Positions 55,793 to 64,000 of a stretch of 64,000 nt of DNA are shown here, piece after piece. The stretch is taken from assembly GCA_965221695.1 (NCBI GenBank), contig OZ244905.1:1184001-1248000 (forward strand), read 5' to 3'. Below the pieces are notes generated by a model that saw nothing but the letters and a program-made list of their open reading frames with translations, was not told the DNA's origin and did not search any database. This DNA is from Gammaproteobacteria bacterium (GTDB lineage: Bacteria; Pseudomonadota; Gammaproteobacteria; Eutrophobiales; Eutrophobiaceae). A program made the position numbers and the translations under genes. The first letter of the stretch is position 1. Every line of letters begins with the position of its first letter.

Positions 55793-55977
55793 GACGGAAA
55801 GTTTCCTGGCGCTCTTACAATGCAGTTTAATCACAATTCCGGATTGTGTAAATTCAGCAAGAAGACAGATGCCTGTGTAGGCATAATATGGCGGGGTCAC
55901 TATCAACAATTTACCGTCAGGTCACGCGGGATAACACCCTCCACGTCGTGCTTCCTGCAAAATGATAATTTCCCCTC

Positions 55978-56017
55978 TTGACACTTCTGCCAGATCTTGT
56001 ACATAATTGTTGTACAA
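55978..56017 (+). promoter_or_regulatory. Promoter with two TGTACA operator palindromes (TA autoregulation)
   Basis: TTGACA, 18 nt, CATAAT; TGTACA at 55998-56003 and 56011-56016, as in YefM-type operators. Confidence 0.65.
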
Positions 56018-56038
56018 TATTAGCCACGGAGTGATTTT

Positions 56039-56269
56039 ATGATACAGGTCAACATCAGTGAGTTCAGAACCAATTTATTGAAATACCTGAAAAATGTACA
56101 ACGCGGGGGACAAATCAGTATTACCTCGAAAGGAACCGCACTGGCTACTGTTATTCCGCCGGTCAGCCAACGCGACACCGCCAGAACCGAACTCTCAAAG
56201 CTGGCGAAAACCGCAGTGATACATGACGTGGTATCACCGGTGGAGACCGATTGGGATGTCATGAAATGA
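56039..56269 (+). CDS. Phd/YefM family antitoxin
   Basis: VNISEFRTNL..YL..V..G..I.IT..G..LA.V.P. Confidence 0.9.
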   Translation: MIQVNISEFRTNLLKYLKNVQRGGQISITSKGTALATVIPPVSQRDTARTELSKLAKTAVIHDVVSPVETDWDVMK

Positions 56270-56655
56270 TATTGTTGGATACCTGCGCGATAGTCTGGGA
56301 CGCCCTGGAACCCGACAAGCTGACAACTGCGGCCAAGCGGGCAATCGAGCGCTCTAGAAACGAACTAATGATCTGCGATATCTCCTTCTGGGAGATTTCC
56401 ATGCTTATCAGGAAGAAACGCCTGGTCGTCGATGCCACTATCTCCGAATTCATCCAGCTGGCGCTTCAGGCCCGTGACTTGCAGGTATTGCAGATAACGC
56501 CTGAAATAGCTGAACTGTCTGTTAATTTCGGCGCAGATATCAATAAAGACTCCGTTGACCGACTTATTGCAGCCACTTCAATAATACTGAATGCCCCTAT
56601 TGTCACGGCTGACCGGAACCTGAGGGCCGCGACTGTTATTGAGACTATTTGGTAA
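56266..56655 (+). CDS. vapC: VapC/PIN toxin
   Basis: MILLDTC, ISFWEI, D..DRLIAAT, IVTAD; ATGA overlap. Confidence 0.92.
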   Translation: MILLDTCAIVWDALEPDKLTTAAKRAIERSRNELMICDISFWEISMLIRKKRLVVDATISEFIQLALQARDLQVLQITPEIAELSVNFGADINKDSVDRLIAATSIILNAPIVTADRNLRAATVIETIW

Positions 56656-56754
56656 TGGCAAAGACGCTGAACCCGGATACAACCACGGTCGACGACCGGG
56701 AACCGGACTTGAGACATGTTGTTTACATGTAATATTCGTGAGATAATCACGATA

Positions 56755-57987
56755 ATGACAGATAAAAAAAGAAACCTTTATCCCAAATGTCTTAAATTAT
56801 TGGAGTGGTTCCCAGCAGTAGCTATCCTGGGCGCAAGGCAGACAGGGAAAACCACACTTGCCAAGGCGCTTGGAAAAGACTGGACTTATGTAGACCTTGA
56901 ACGTCCTGAGGACCTGGATCGTCTGAGCTATGATCCGTCATTTTTTTTCACCAGGCACCCAGCCTCCCTGATCCTCGACGAGGCTCAGGAATATCCCGAA
57001 ATCTTTAAGGTACTGCGTGGTGTGATTGATGCCGACAGGAAGAAAAACGGGCGGTTTATTCTGACAGGTTCCAGCAGTCTCACCTTGTTTTCAGAGATAT
57101 CGGAAACACTTGCCGGCCGTGTGGCAATCGTTGAACTGGGCACGTTCAAGAGTAATGAGTACTACAGTCTGCCATTGAGTCCGTTTTATTCACTTTTTGA
57201 ATCCAGGTTGAGCAAGGCGCTCCCCGTTGCCGGCGCGCCACCACTCAGCAGAGTTCAAATTCAACGATTCTGGTTTTATGGCGGCTACCCGGAACCGGCG
57301 CTTGCCAACAATCCACAACGCCATGCGGTCTGGATGGACAATTACAGGGACACCTACATCAACCGGGATGTTGCAAAGCTGTTTCCGAAACTCAATCGAC
57401 AGAGATACCGGCGATTTCTTACTATGTTGTGCAAGTTATCCGGTACGCTTATTAATAAAAGCCATGTAGGAAGAGCGGTTGAAGCGAGCGAATCGAGTAT
57501 CCGCGATTATCTTGATATCGCTCATGGCACGTATATCTGGCGGAAACTAAGTTCCTTTGAGGGATCTGTCGCAAAGTCCATCACAAAAATGCCCAAAGGG
57601 TACATACGGGATTCGGGCTTGTTGCATTACCTGCTTGGGATACACAGTACGGATGAATTGATGTCAGACCCGGTCGTCGGCGCTTCTTTCGAGGCTTATG
57701 TGTGTGATGAATTGATTAAGGGCCTTGAAGCGACCATGGTAACCAACTGGTCTGTACACTATTATCGAACCCGTGGCGGCGCAGAAATAGATTTGATCGT
57801 TCAAGGCCCCTTTGGCATTTTACCCGTTGAAATCAAATACGGCAGTTCAGTCAAACGAAGCAGCCTGAAATCCCTGACAAATTTTGTTAAGGACAACGGG
57901 TTGCCAATGGGCCTGCTGGTTAACCAGGGTGAAAAAGTTGAATTTGTTACACCAGAAATCGTTCAAGTGCCGGTGGGATGGTTATAG
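56755..57987 (+). CDS. AAA_14 ATPase with DUF4143 (PD-(D/E)xK-like) C-terminus
   Basis: GARQTGKTT, LDEAQ, LTGSS, ETLAGR, GGYPE, DSGL, YYRT..GAEIDL, EIK. Confidence 0.9.
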   Translation: MTDKKRNLYPKCLKLLEWFPAVAILGARQTGKTTLAKALGKDWTYVDLERPEDLDRLSYDPSFFFTRHPASLILDEAQEYPEIFKVLRGVIDADRKKNGRFILTGSSSLTLFSEISETLAGRVAIVELGTFKSNEYYSLPLSPFYSLFESRLSKALPVAGAPPLSRVQIQRFWFYGGYPEPALANNPQRHAVWMDNYRDTYINRDVAKLFPKLNRQRYRRFLTMLCKLSGTLINKSHVGRAVEASESSIRDYLDIAHGTYIWRKLSSFEGSVAKSITKMPKGYIRDSGLLHYLLGIHSTDELMSDPVVGASFEAYVCDELIKGLEATMVTNWSVHYYRTRGGAEIDLIVQGPFGILPVEIKYGSSVKRSSLKSLTNFVKDNGLPMGLLVNQGEKVEFVTPEIVQVPVGWL

Positions 57988-58071
57988 TGATATGAACAGG
58001 AAAACCAATCACGTCGGGCGCGAAGAGAAGCGGGCAGTACGCGATTTACAACGATTACGCGAGTTTCTTCC

Positions 58072-59673
58072 TCACCCCACAACCAGCGCAAGTATCCAGA
58101 CCAGGAGCAGTCCGGCCAGTACATGCGGGCTGCCGAGGTAGAAGCGGCGTTTCAGTTTCCCTTTGTTGGCGGCCTTCAATTCCTCGCCCAGGGTCCCATA
58201 CCTGCTTGGAAAAAATGTTCCGAGATACTCCTTCAGAAAGTTACTGGTGCGCCTGGTCGGCAGGCCCATATCGCGCATCAGTTCGTCTACGTAGTGGGCG
58301 ATATACGGTCCGGTGAAGACGCCGTCTTCCATTTCCGGCACTCTTTCTTTAGCCCAGTTCTCCAGTCGTTCAATCTCCCAGTCCATCTCTTCGGGTGACG
58401 GCAGGCTCATGTTTCCGGTGAACAACTGCGTTGCCCAGTGCGCGCCGACTTCCGAAGACAGCGGGCAGGTGAGGGTCGGGAAAAATCCGATAAACGCCAG
58501 CCTTTGTTGGCCGGGGGGCAGTATCCGCCGATGCAGATGAAAGCGGCCGTTCCTGATAATCTGCGACCTCAGCTCATCGCTCAGGAACGACATGTCGCGC
58601 TTCCATCCCGTACCCATGATGACCAGGTCCGCTTCTATCTGTGTACCGTCATCGAGTTCGACGCCCAGGTCATAAAACCCCTTGACGTTGGCCCGTATCG
58701 CGCTGATGCTGCCGGCATTGAGCAGGTCAAAAAAGTCGTCCACCTGGCCCACGCTTTCAAAGCCGACCGGCAACTTGTGTTCCGGGGTCATATGTTTGGG
58801 CATGCCCAGGACGCGAGGCGTCACGGCGCTCATGAAACTCCACCACAGCCACACCAGCGGTTTACCGGGACCATGCAGCAGCTTTTCATCCCAGGCGCGG
58901 GTCGGGTAATTGACGAACATCTCGATAAAGCGTGAGATGAAGCGCAGGTCGCTGCGGGCGCCGCCGGGCAGGTAGCGCGGCACCATCCAGTGCGGTTTGC
59001 GGAACACCAGGGTCGCGGTTTTTCCTTCTCTGGCTGCCCAGGCGGCACAGTCCAGCGCAGATTTGCCACCGCCGACAACGACCACGCGCCGCACATCTGC
59101 GACCGCGGGATGGGTCCATTCGCTGGAATGGCGCACCAGGCCCTTAAAATTCTCACGACCGGGTAGTTCCGGCATCATAGGTGTGGAAAACGCGCCTGAG
59201 CAGACGATGACATACGCAAACTCATGGTTCTCCTCCTTGCTCTCCTCGCCGGTTTCATCTGCCGTCGAGCGCGTCAGCAGCTTAAATCCCTGCTTGGCGT
59301 CGGTATTGATCTCTGACAGGCGGACCACTTCGGCGCTGAAACTGATATGCGGATAAAGCCCGAAATGGTCCGCATAGGATTCCAGGTGCGCGCGCACTTC
59401 TTCAGCCACCGGGTAACCGCTGGTGGATGCCGGATACGGAAAATCGCTGAGACTATAGGTTTCCTTTGCAGTATTCGCCCGCAAGCCGGGATAGGCACGC
59501 GATAAGGCCCAGACCCCACCCAGACCGGGTTCCTTTTCAAACACCCGGACATCGAACCCATTCTCGAGAAAGATCTTGGCCGTCACCAGTCCGGCAATGC
59601 CGGCGCCGATGATGCCGACCTGTTGTGCGGGTATCTCGGAATTTGTGGCGCCTGTGTTTGTCGCTTCGTTCAT
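58072..59673 (-). CDS. Flavin-containing monooxygenase with C-terminal TM helix
   Basis: IIGAG.AGL, GGVW, FKG.V.HSSEW fingerprint, GGGKSA.D, GTGW; ATG 59673 after a GGAG RBS. Confidence 0.9.
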   Translation of the reverse strand: MNEATNTGATNSEIPAQQVGIIGAGIAGLVTAKIFLENGFDVRVFEKEPGLGGVWALSRAYPGLRANTAKETYSLSDFPYPASTSGYPVAEEVRAHLESYADHFGLYPHISFSAEVVRLSEINTDAKQGFKLLTRSTADETGEESKEENHEFAYVIVCSGAFSTPMMPELPGRENFKGLVRHSSEWTHPAVADVRRVVVVGGGKSALDCAAWAAREGKTATLVFRKPHWMVPRYLPGGARSDLRFISRFIEMFVNYPTRAWDEKLLHGPGKPLVWLWWSFMSAVTPRVLGMPKHMTPEHKLPVGFESVGQVDDFFDLLNAGSISAIRANVKGFYDLGVELDDGTQIEADLVIMGTGWKRDMSFLSDELRSQIIRNGRFHLHRRILPPGQQRLAFIGFFPTLTCPLSSEVGAHWATQLFTGNMSLPSPEEMDWEIERLENWAKERVPEMEDGVFTGPYIAHYVDELMRDMGLPTRRTSNFLKEYLGTFFPSRYGTLGEELKAANKGKLKRRFYLGSPHVLAGLLLVWILALVVG

Positions 59674-59690
59674 ATAACTGTCTCCCTTAT

Positions 59691-59749
59691 TGTGTCGCCC
59701 AGAGGGTGACCCTTTGTTCCACTGGATTCTCGTTTTCACGGGAATGGTA
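59691..59749. repeat. Half REPIN (central hairpin plus dRS3-like REP)
   Basis: TGTGTCGCCCAGAGGGTGACCCTTTGTTCCACTGGATTCTCGTTTTCACGGGAATGGTA. Confidence 0.8.
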
Positions 59750-59872
59750 TGAGACGCAGGCTAGTTAGTAAGGCTTACACAGCATATCCCACCAGGCTGC
59801 GTATTGGTATAGTATGCTATACGATAATTCGCTCGTTTGAGGTATCCCGCGTTGAAAGAAGTAAAAACGCTC

Positions 59873-62443
59873 ATGCTGTACGCCTGTTTGTTTGCTTTAC
59901 TTGCTGCCTGTGGTGGCGGTGGAGGAAGCGGCGGTAACAGCAACGTTATGCCGGATCCGACGCCACCGCCTTCGCCGCCGCCCGCGCCGAGTGAAGATGA
60001 ATTAAGAGAAGAATACGCCGCCCATTTCGAGTTTCAGAACCAGCCTGCCCTGGAGCGGATCAACGCGCATTATGCTTATGCGCGCGGCGCTACCGGCGCC
60101 GGGGTCACTGTCGGTATCGTGGACTCCGGCATCGACGGCAATCATCCGGAGTTCAGCGGCAAACTGTCACCGGAATCCTGGAACATCTCAGGGTATGACC
60201 CGGATTATAACCTGTGCACGGGGCGTAATGCCGATGGCGCCTGCGGGTTTGATGCAGGCCCGCCGTCCCATGGCTCGCTGGTTGGCGGAGTCCTGGCCGC
60301 GAACCGCACTGCCGGCGCCGATACACCCGGGGTGGATGTGCCGTCCATACATGGCGTTGCCTTTGACGCAAGGCTGTTATCAGTGGGGCTCCCGCTGAGT
60401 GACCCGCCCGATGTCTATTCTCCTATTGACCTCCAGGACAGCGCCAGTACAACAGGCATTGATCAGCTATTCGCTGATATAACAAGCAGGTTGAATCCCA
60501 GCGTCACGGTCATCAATTTGAGCATTGGCCTGCAGGGAAATATCGAAGCCTATAATGAGGCCGAAATCCGCGCCGCGTTCCCGCTTTTGCTGGAATCCAT
60601 TGCCCAGGCAGAGAGGCCGGCGGCAGAACGCGCGATCTACGTGTGGTCTGCCGGCAACGCCCAGAGCGAGCTGCGTGCCGACGGCAGTTTTGAACAGGCT
60701 ACATCGGTAGAGATCATGGCCGGGCTTCCGGCGCTGGTTCCGGCGTTGCAAGGTCACTCTCTCGCGGTGGTATCGCTGAAAGAGAATGGCGAGATCAGCG
60801 ATTTTTCCAACCGTTGCGGCATTGCCCAGGATTTTTGCCTGGCCGCGCCGGGTGAAAATCTGATCGGGCCGGTTTCCAATATTTTCTGTCCGGCCGGACA
60901 GGGAGACTGTTATGCTCAGGCCAGCGGCACATCCTTGGCCGCACCGTTGGTCAGTGGCGGCGTTGCTTTGCTGGCCCAGCATTATCGCAACCAGTTGGGC
61001 AATGACGAAATCACCAGTCGCTTGCTGGAGACGGCCAACAAAGAAGGGATTTATGCCGATGCGGACATCTATGGTCAAGGCCTGATGGACCTCGACCGCG
61101 CCACCCGCCCGCTGGGTCAGACACGTTTGCTGACCGGGCAGTCAATGTCGGGCGCGGCCGCGCCCGAGAGCCTCAGCGCAGTGAGCCTGGGGCCGGTTTT
61201 TGGCGATGCATTACACCGCGGGCTGGCCGGGCTGGAAATTGCAGCGTTTGATGAGTTGGACGCGCCGTTCTTTCGCCCACTTGCAGATTATGCGCAAATG
61301 TCCACAGTTACCGGCACCCGGCTGGAAAACAGGTTAGGCTCGCTGGGCTATGACCCAAGGGGTAGGGTATGGATGCACAACGGCCTGGAACTCAGGGCGC
61401 AAACTGCGTATGGTTCTGTGCGAGCGCGTTTTGACCCAACCTACCTGTTGCGCAGAGATGGTATGGTATTTGACCCGTGGATTGACCATTCTACCGGTCT
61501 CCACGGGCCTGCGTACAAACCGGTTGAACGGGGAACAAGCGGTCTTGATGCCGGCGCGTTTTCGCTGTTGCGCCGGCAAGCAAACAAGCAACTCTTCCTG
61601 GGGTTCAGACACCATCCCGGTTGGAACCTGGGTCTGCATGCCTCCGCCGCTTTCTCCGGTTCGGCGGCACACCTGGTCGGCGCGTTTACCGATGATGCGG
61701 CCTTCAGCAACCCTTTTCTGTCATTGGCCCGCGACGGTGTAACGGCCGGCTTTTCGACAAAGCTGCCCAGGGGCGCGCTCAGCATTGCGGCATTTCATGG
61801 GGCTGCGCAATATGGCCAACAGCGTGTTGCCGATCGCCACAAGACCAGTGGCGCGCTGGCTGAATACCGCTTCACTGACAGCCGCTTGGCCGGCGTCGCG
61901 CTACAAGCCGGTTGGCTGACAGAGCCGGCCCGCCTCGCGGGCAGCCGCGCGAGTGGCGCCTTTGGTGAGTTGAGCGCGGCCACCGGTTTTATCGGGGTCT
62001 CCGCGCATCGCCGGCTCAGCCGGCATTGGTTGGCGCTGGTGACTGCCCATACCGGCATCAGTCGCGCAAACATGGAGGCGCCGAGTTTGTTGCATGATAT
62101 GTCGGCTTTATGGACCAGCGCGTTTGAATTGGGATTGGTGGGCGAAAATATTGCTTCCGGGCAAGACCGGTTGGCGTTGAAACTGTCTCAACCGTTACGG
62201 GTGGAGTCCGGCCATGTCGGCCTGCGCTGGGCTACCGGGCGCACCCGGGAGCGGCTGGTACAGGTTGTAACAACCGTGCTGGGACTTGAACCCTCTGGTC
62301 GCCAGCTCGATTTGGAACTTGCCTACAGCCGACCCTGGCAAGGTGGTTTTGCGCATATTGCCACACTGGTTACACATAACGCCGGACATACTCACGGGGA
62401 GGAGGATTTGGCGTTACTGATGCGTTATCAGCGCAATTTCTGA
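59873..62443 (+). CDS. S8 (subtilisin) serine peptidase, lipoprotein with autotransporter-like C-terminus
   Basis: LAAC-GGGGG lipobox; triad VDSG, HG..V, GTS.AAP.V; SAGN; YGQGL.D; terminal F. Confidence 0.9.
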   Translation: MLYACLFALLAACGGGGGSGGNSNVMPDPTPPPSPPPAPSEDELREEYAAHFEFQNQPALERINAHYAYARGATGAGVTVGIVDSGIDGNHPEFSGKLSPESWNISGYDPDYNLCTGRNADGACGFDAGPPSHGSLVGGVLAANRTAGADTPGVDVPSIHGVAFDARLLSVGLPLSDPPDVYSPIDLQDSASTTGIDQLFADITSRLNPSVTVINLSIGLQGNIEAYNEAEIRAAFPLLLESIAQAERPAAERAIYVWSAGNAQSELRADGSFEQATSVEIMAGLPALVPALQGHSLAVVSLKENGEISDFSNRCGIAQDFCLAAPGENLIGPVSNIFCPAGQGDCYAQASGTSLAAPLVSGGVALLAQHYRNQLGNDEITSRLLETANKEGIYADADIYGQGLMDLDRATRPLGQTRLLTGQSMSGAAAPESLSAVSLGPVFGDALHRGLAGLEIAAFDELDAPFFRPLADYAQMSTVTGTRLENRLGSLGYDPRGRVWMHNGLELRAQTAYGSVRARFDPTYLLRRDGMVFDPWIDHSTGLHGPAYKPVERGTSGLDAGAFSLLRRQANKQLFLGFRHHPGWNLGLHASAAFSGSAAHLVGAFTDDAAFSNPFLSLARDGVTAGFSTKLPRGALSIAAFHGAAQYGQQRVADRHKTSGALAEYRFTDSRLAGVALQAGWLTEPARLAGSRASGAFGELSAATGFIGVSAHRRLSRHWLALVTAHTGISRANMEAPSLLHDMSALWTSAFELGLVGENIASGQDRLALKLSQPLRVESGHVGLRWATGRTRERLVQVVTTVLGLEPSGRQLDLELAYSRPWQGGFAHIATLVTHNAGHTHGEEDLALLMRYQRNF

Positions 62444-62595
62444 TTTGCCCGACGCAACCCGTCAATGATGTTCTCAACCTGCTTTATCCAGGACTGCCCA
62501 AGCCGGCATCCCAAACCGGGACCCTTGAATTTCGTATGGAAAACCGCTATATTTGTATCTGCTATTCAAGCTGTTGAATAGTACCCGTTGTTCAT

Positions 62596-62953
62596 GGGGG
62601 CGTACCTGGTTTCGACGAGGGCGCTGAAGCCCAAGGGGCATGCCGAGGTGCAGATCACCTCGTAAATCCATCTGCAAACTTCAATAGTTGACGAAAAGTA
62701 CAACTACGCTCTGGCTGCTTAAAGCCGGCCAGCCTCTGACTGAAATGTGCTTGTGCTTTCTACTCAGGGGTCACAAACACAAGCTCGCGATAAAGCCTGT
62801 CCCGGGTGGATTCGCTAAAGCTTAAGGGACTCGTTGCCTGCGTTCCCCTGCCGTTTCGGGTAACAGGCGATTAAATCTAATGAGACGGCTAAGCATGTAG
62901 AACCGAAGGTCGATGGCTCGCGGACGCCGGTTCGACTCCGGCCGCCTCCACCA
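62596..62953 (+). ncRNA. ssrA: tmRNA
   Basis: 5' GGGGGCG..TGGTTTCGAC; 3' GGTTCGACTCCGGCCGCCTCCACCA; tag ORF 62690-62722 ending NYALAA*. Confidence 0.96.
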
Positions 62954-62997
62954 ATATTACCTACAGGGATGTAGCTGTCACTCGCCTCCATATCTAG

Positions 62998-63148
62998 GGA
63001 ACCTCTGATTAAGTCAGAGGTTCCTACGATACAAGGATGTATCGTCAATATCAATGACTGTAAGGCATTGATATTGTGAGGAAAACAAAAATCGCATTTT
63101 TGTTTTCCGTACTCTGACAAGTCCAGGATGGACTTGTTCAGAGTTTCC
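62998..63148 (-). mobile_element. 151-bp IS5-type MITE with perfect CTAG target duplication
   Basis: CTAG at 62994-62997 and 63149-63152; core identical to 29327-29477. Confidence 0.9.
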
Positions 63149-63223
63149 CTAGTATATATTCCACGGGCAATGTCGCCACAAACCTGACTACGCACAACCA
63201 TCGGATTGATCCCCTGGTCGAAA

Positions 63224-64000
63224 TCATCGCACCAAGCTGCTGAGAAACTCCGCGAATGGCACGATATTCCCTTTTACACTCGCTTCTTCCAATGCCTGCA
63301 TGTAGTCATTGCGGCGTTCGACCGGGATGACCATCCATGGGTAGCCGCCGGAAGCCAGCATGGCATTCATTAAAAAGCGGCCCATCCTTCCATTGCCGTC
63401 AATGTACGGGTGGATGTAGACAAACATAAAATGTCCAAGGATTACGCGTACTGCCGGTTCGGTTTCTTCACGCAACAGATCGAAAAATACCGGCATGCAG
63501 TCCCGCACAGCCTCCCGACTCATCGGCACATGCATCGAACGCCGGATATGGACCTGGCCGTTACGGTAACCGGCAAGGTCGGCAGGTTTTAACAGTCCCG
63601 CCGCGACGCTGGGTTCAAATAACTGCATGTGCCACTCACCGTGATCATCGTCAGCGACGGTGCCAGGGTTTTCGTCTTTCAAGATCCTCTCTACGCTTTT
63701 CCTCACCGCTTGAAAAGCCTGCCAGTAGCCACGTGCAGCTAAAGCATTACGCTGATCGCGGTCCCCTTCATTGTTATCCGGATTCCACGTACCGCTGCGT
63801 ACACGCTCGATCAGTTCAGGTGTGACACGATACCCTTCAATCGAAAGGGAATGATAGGCATCCGTGACATATATCTCATCAACCTCTGTTAAATAGGTTT
63901 TTGTGTCAGATGACAAGCCCTTTGCTTTCGGAAATTTACCAACAATATCCTTGCGCATCTGTTGCCATATCAGCCGTAAACGGTTAACGTAAGGTGAGCG
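63224..64000 (-). CDS. Fic family protein (5' end outside the window)
   Basis: DAYHSLSIEGY, HPYIDGNGRMGRF; frame is open from the window edge. Confidence 0.92.
   Translation of the reverse strand, partial: RSPYVNRLRLIWQQMRKDIVGKFPKAKGLSSDTKTYLTEVDEIYVTDAYHSLSIEGYRVTPELIERVRSGTWNPDNNEGDRDQRNALAARGYWQAFQAVRKSVERILKDENPGTVADDDHGEWHMQLFEPSVAAGLLKPADLAGYRNGQVHIRRSMHVPMSREAVRDCMPVFFDLLREETEPAVRVILGHFMFVYIHPYIDGNGRMGRFLMNAMLASGGYPWMVIPVERRNDYMQALEEASVKGNIVPFAEFLSSLVR

Noticed and set aside
58072-59673. Trimethylamine monooxygenase (tmm)
   Set aside because: Longer protein with a TM tail and GKSA motif; no methylamine-pathway neighbours
62815-63201. 128-aa ORF and similar ORFs containing LNKSILDLSE (20797-21099, 20849-21034, 35616-35846)
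   Set aside because: Translations of or across the MITE and tmRNA, not proteins

Overview
Chromosomal window from a GC-rich gammaproteobacterium with C1/alcohol-oxidising (methylotroph-like) metabolism. Housekeeping and envelope genes (rubrerythrin and Fe-S oxidoreductase, xseB-ispA, mazG, Lpp/OprI-like lipoprotein with an L,D-transpeptidase, ampG, MATE, folP, pip, porin) are interleaved with several metabolic blocks. These are a near-complete molybdopterin pathway (moaABCDE, mobAB, moeA, fdhD), tetrahydromethanopterin/methanofuran biosynthesis genes followed by an orphan CbbQ/NorQ AAA+ and VWA pair, a split pqq locus (pqqB apart from pqqCDE, no pqqA seen), a tungsten-type aldehyde oxidoreductase operon, and a TonB receptor-Dke1 dioxygenase-AraC module. 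There are two accessory zones. The first (about 22.5-28 kb) holds antitoxin genes whose toxins are truncated, plus an AT-rich three-gene cassette (TIGR04255-like, acidic protein, ADP-ribosyltransferase-like) that is the best candidate for an uncharacterised defence or toxin system. The second (about 51.5-64 kb) runs from tRNA-Thr past tmRNA and carries hipBA, phd-vapC, an AAA ATPase, an FMO, an S8 protease and a Fic gene. Intergenic DNA is colonised by at least three palindromic repeat families, including a 151-bp multi-hairpin IS5-type MITE with compensatory base changes between copies. All family assignments come from motif recognition by eye; no searches were run.
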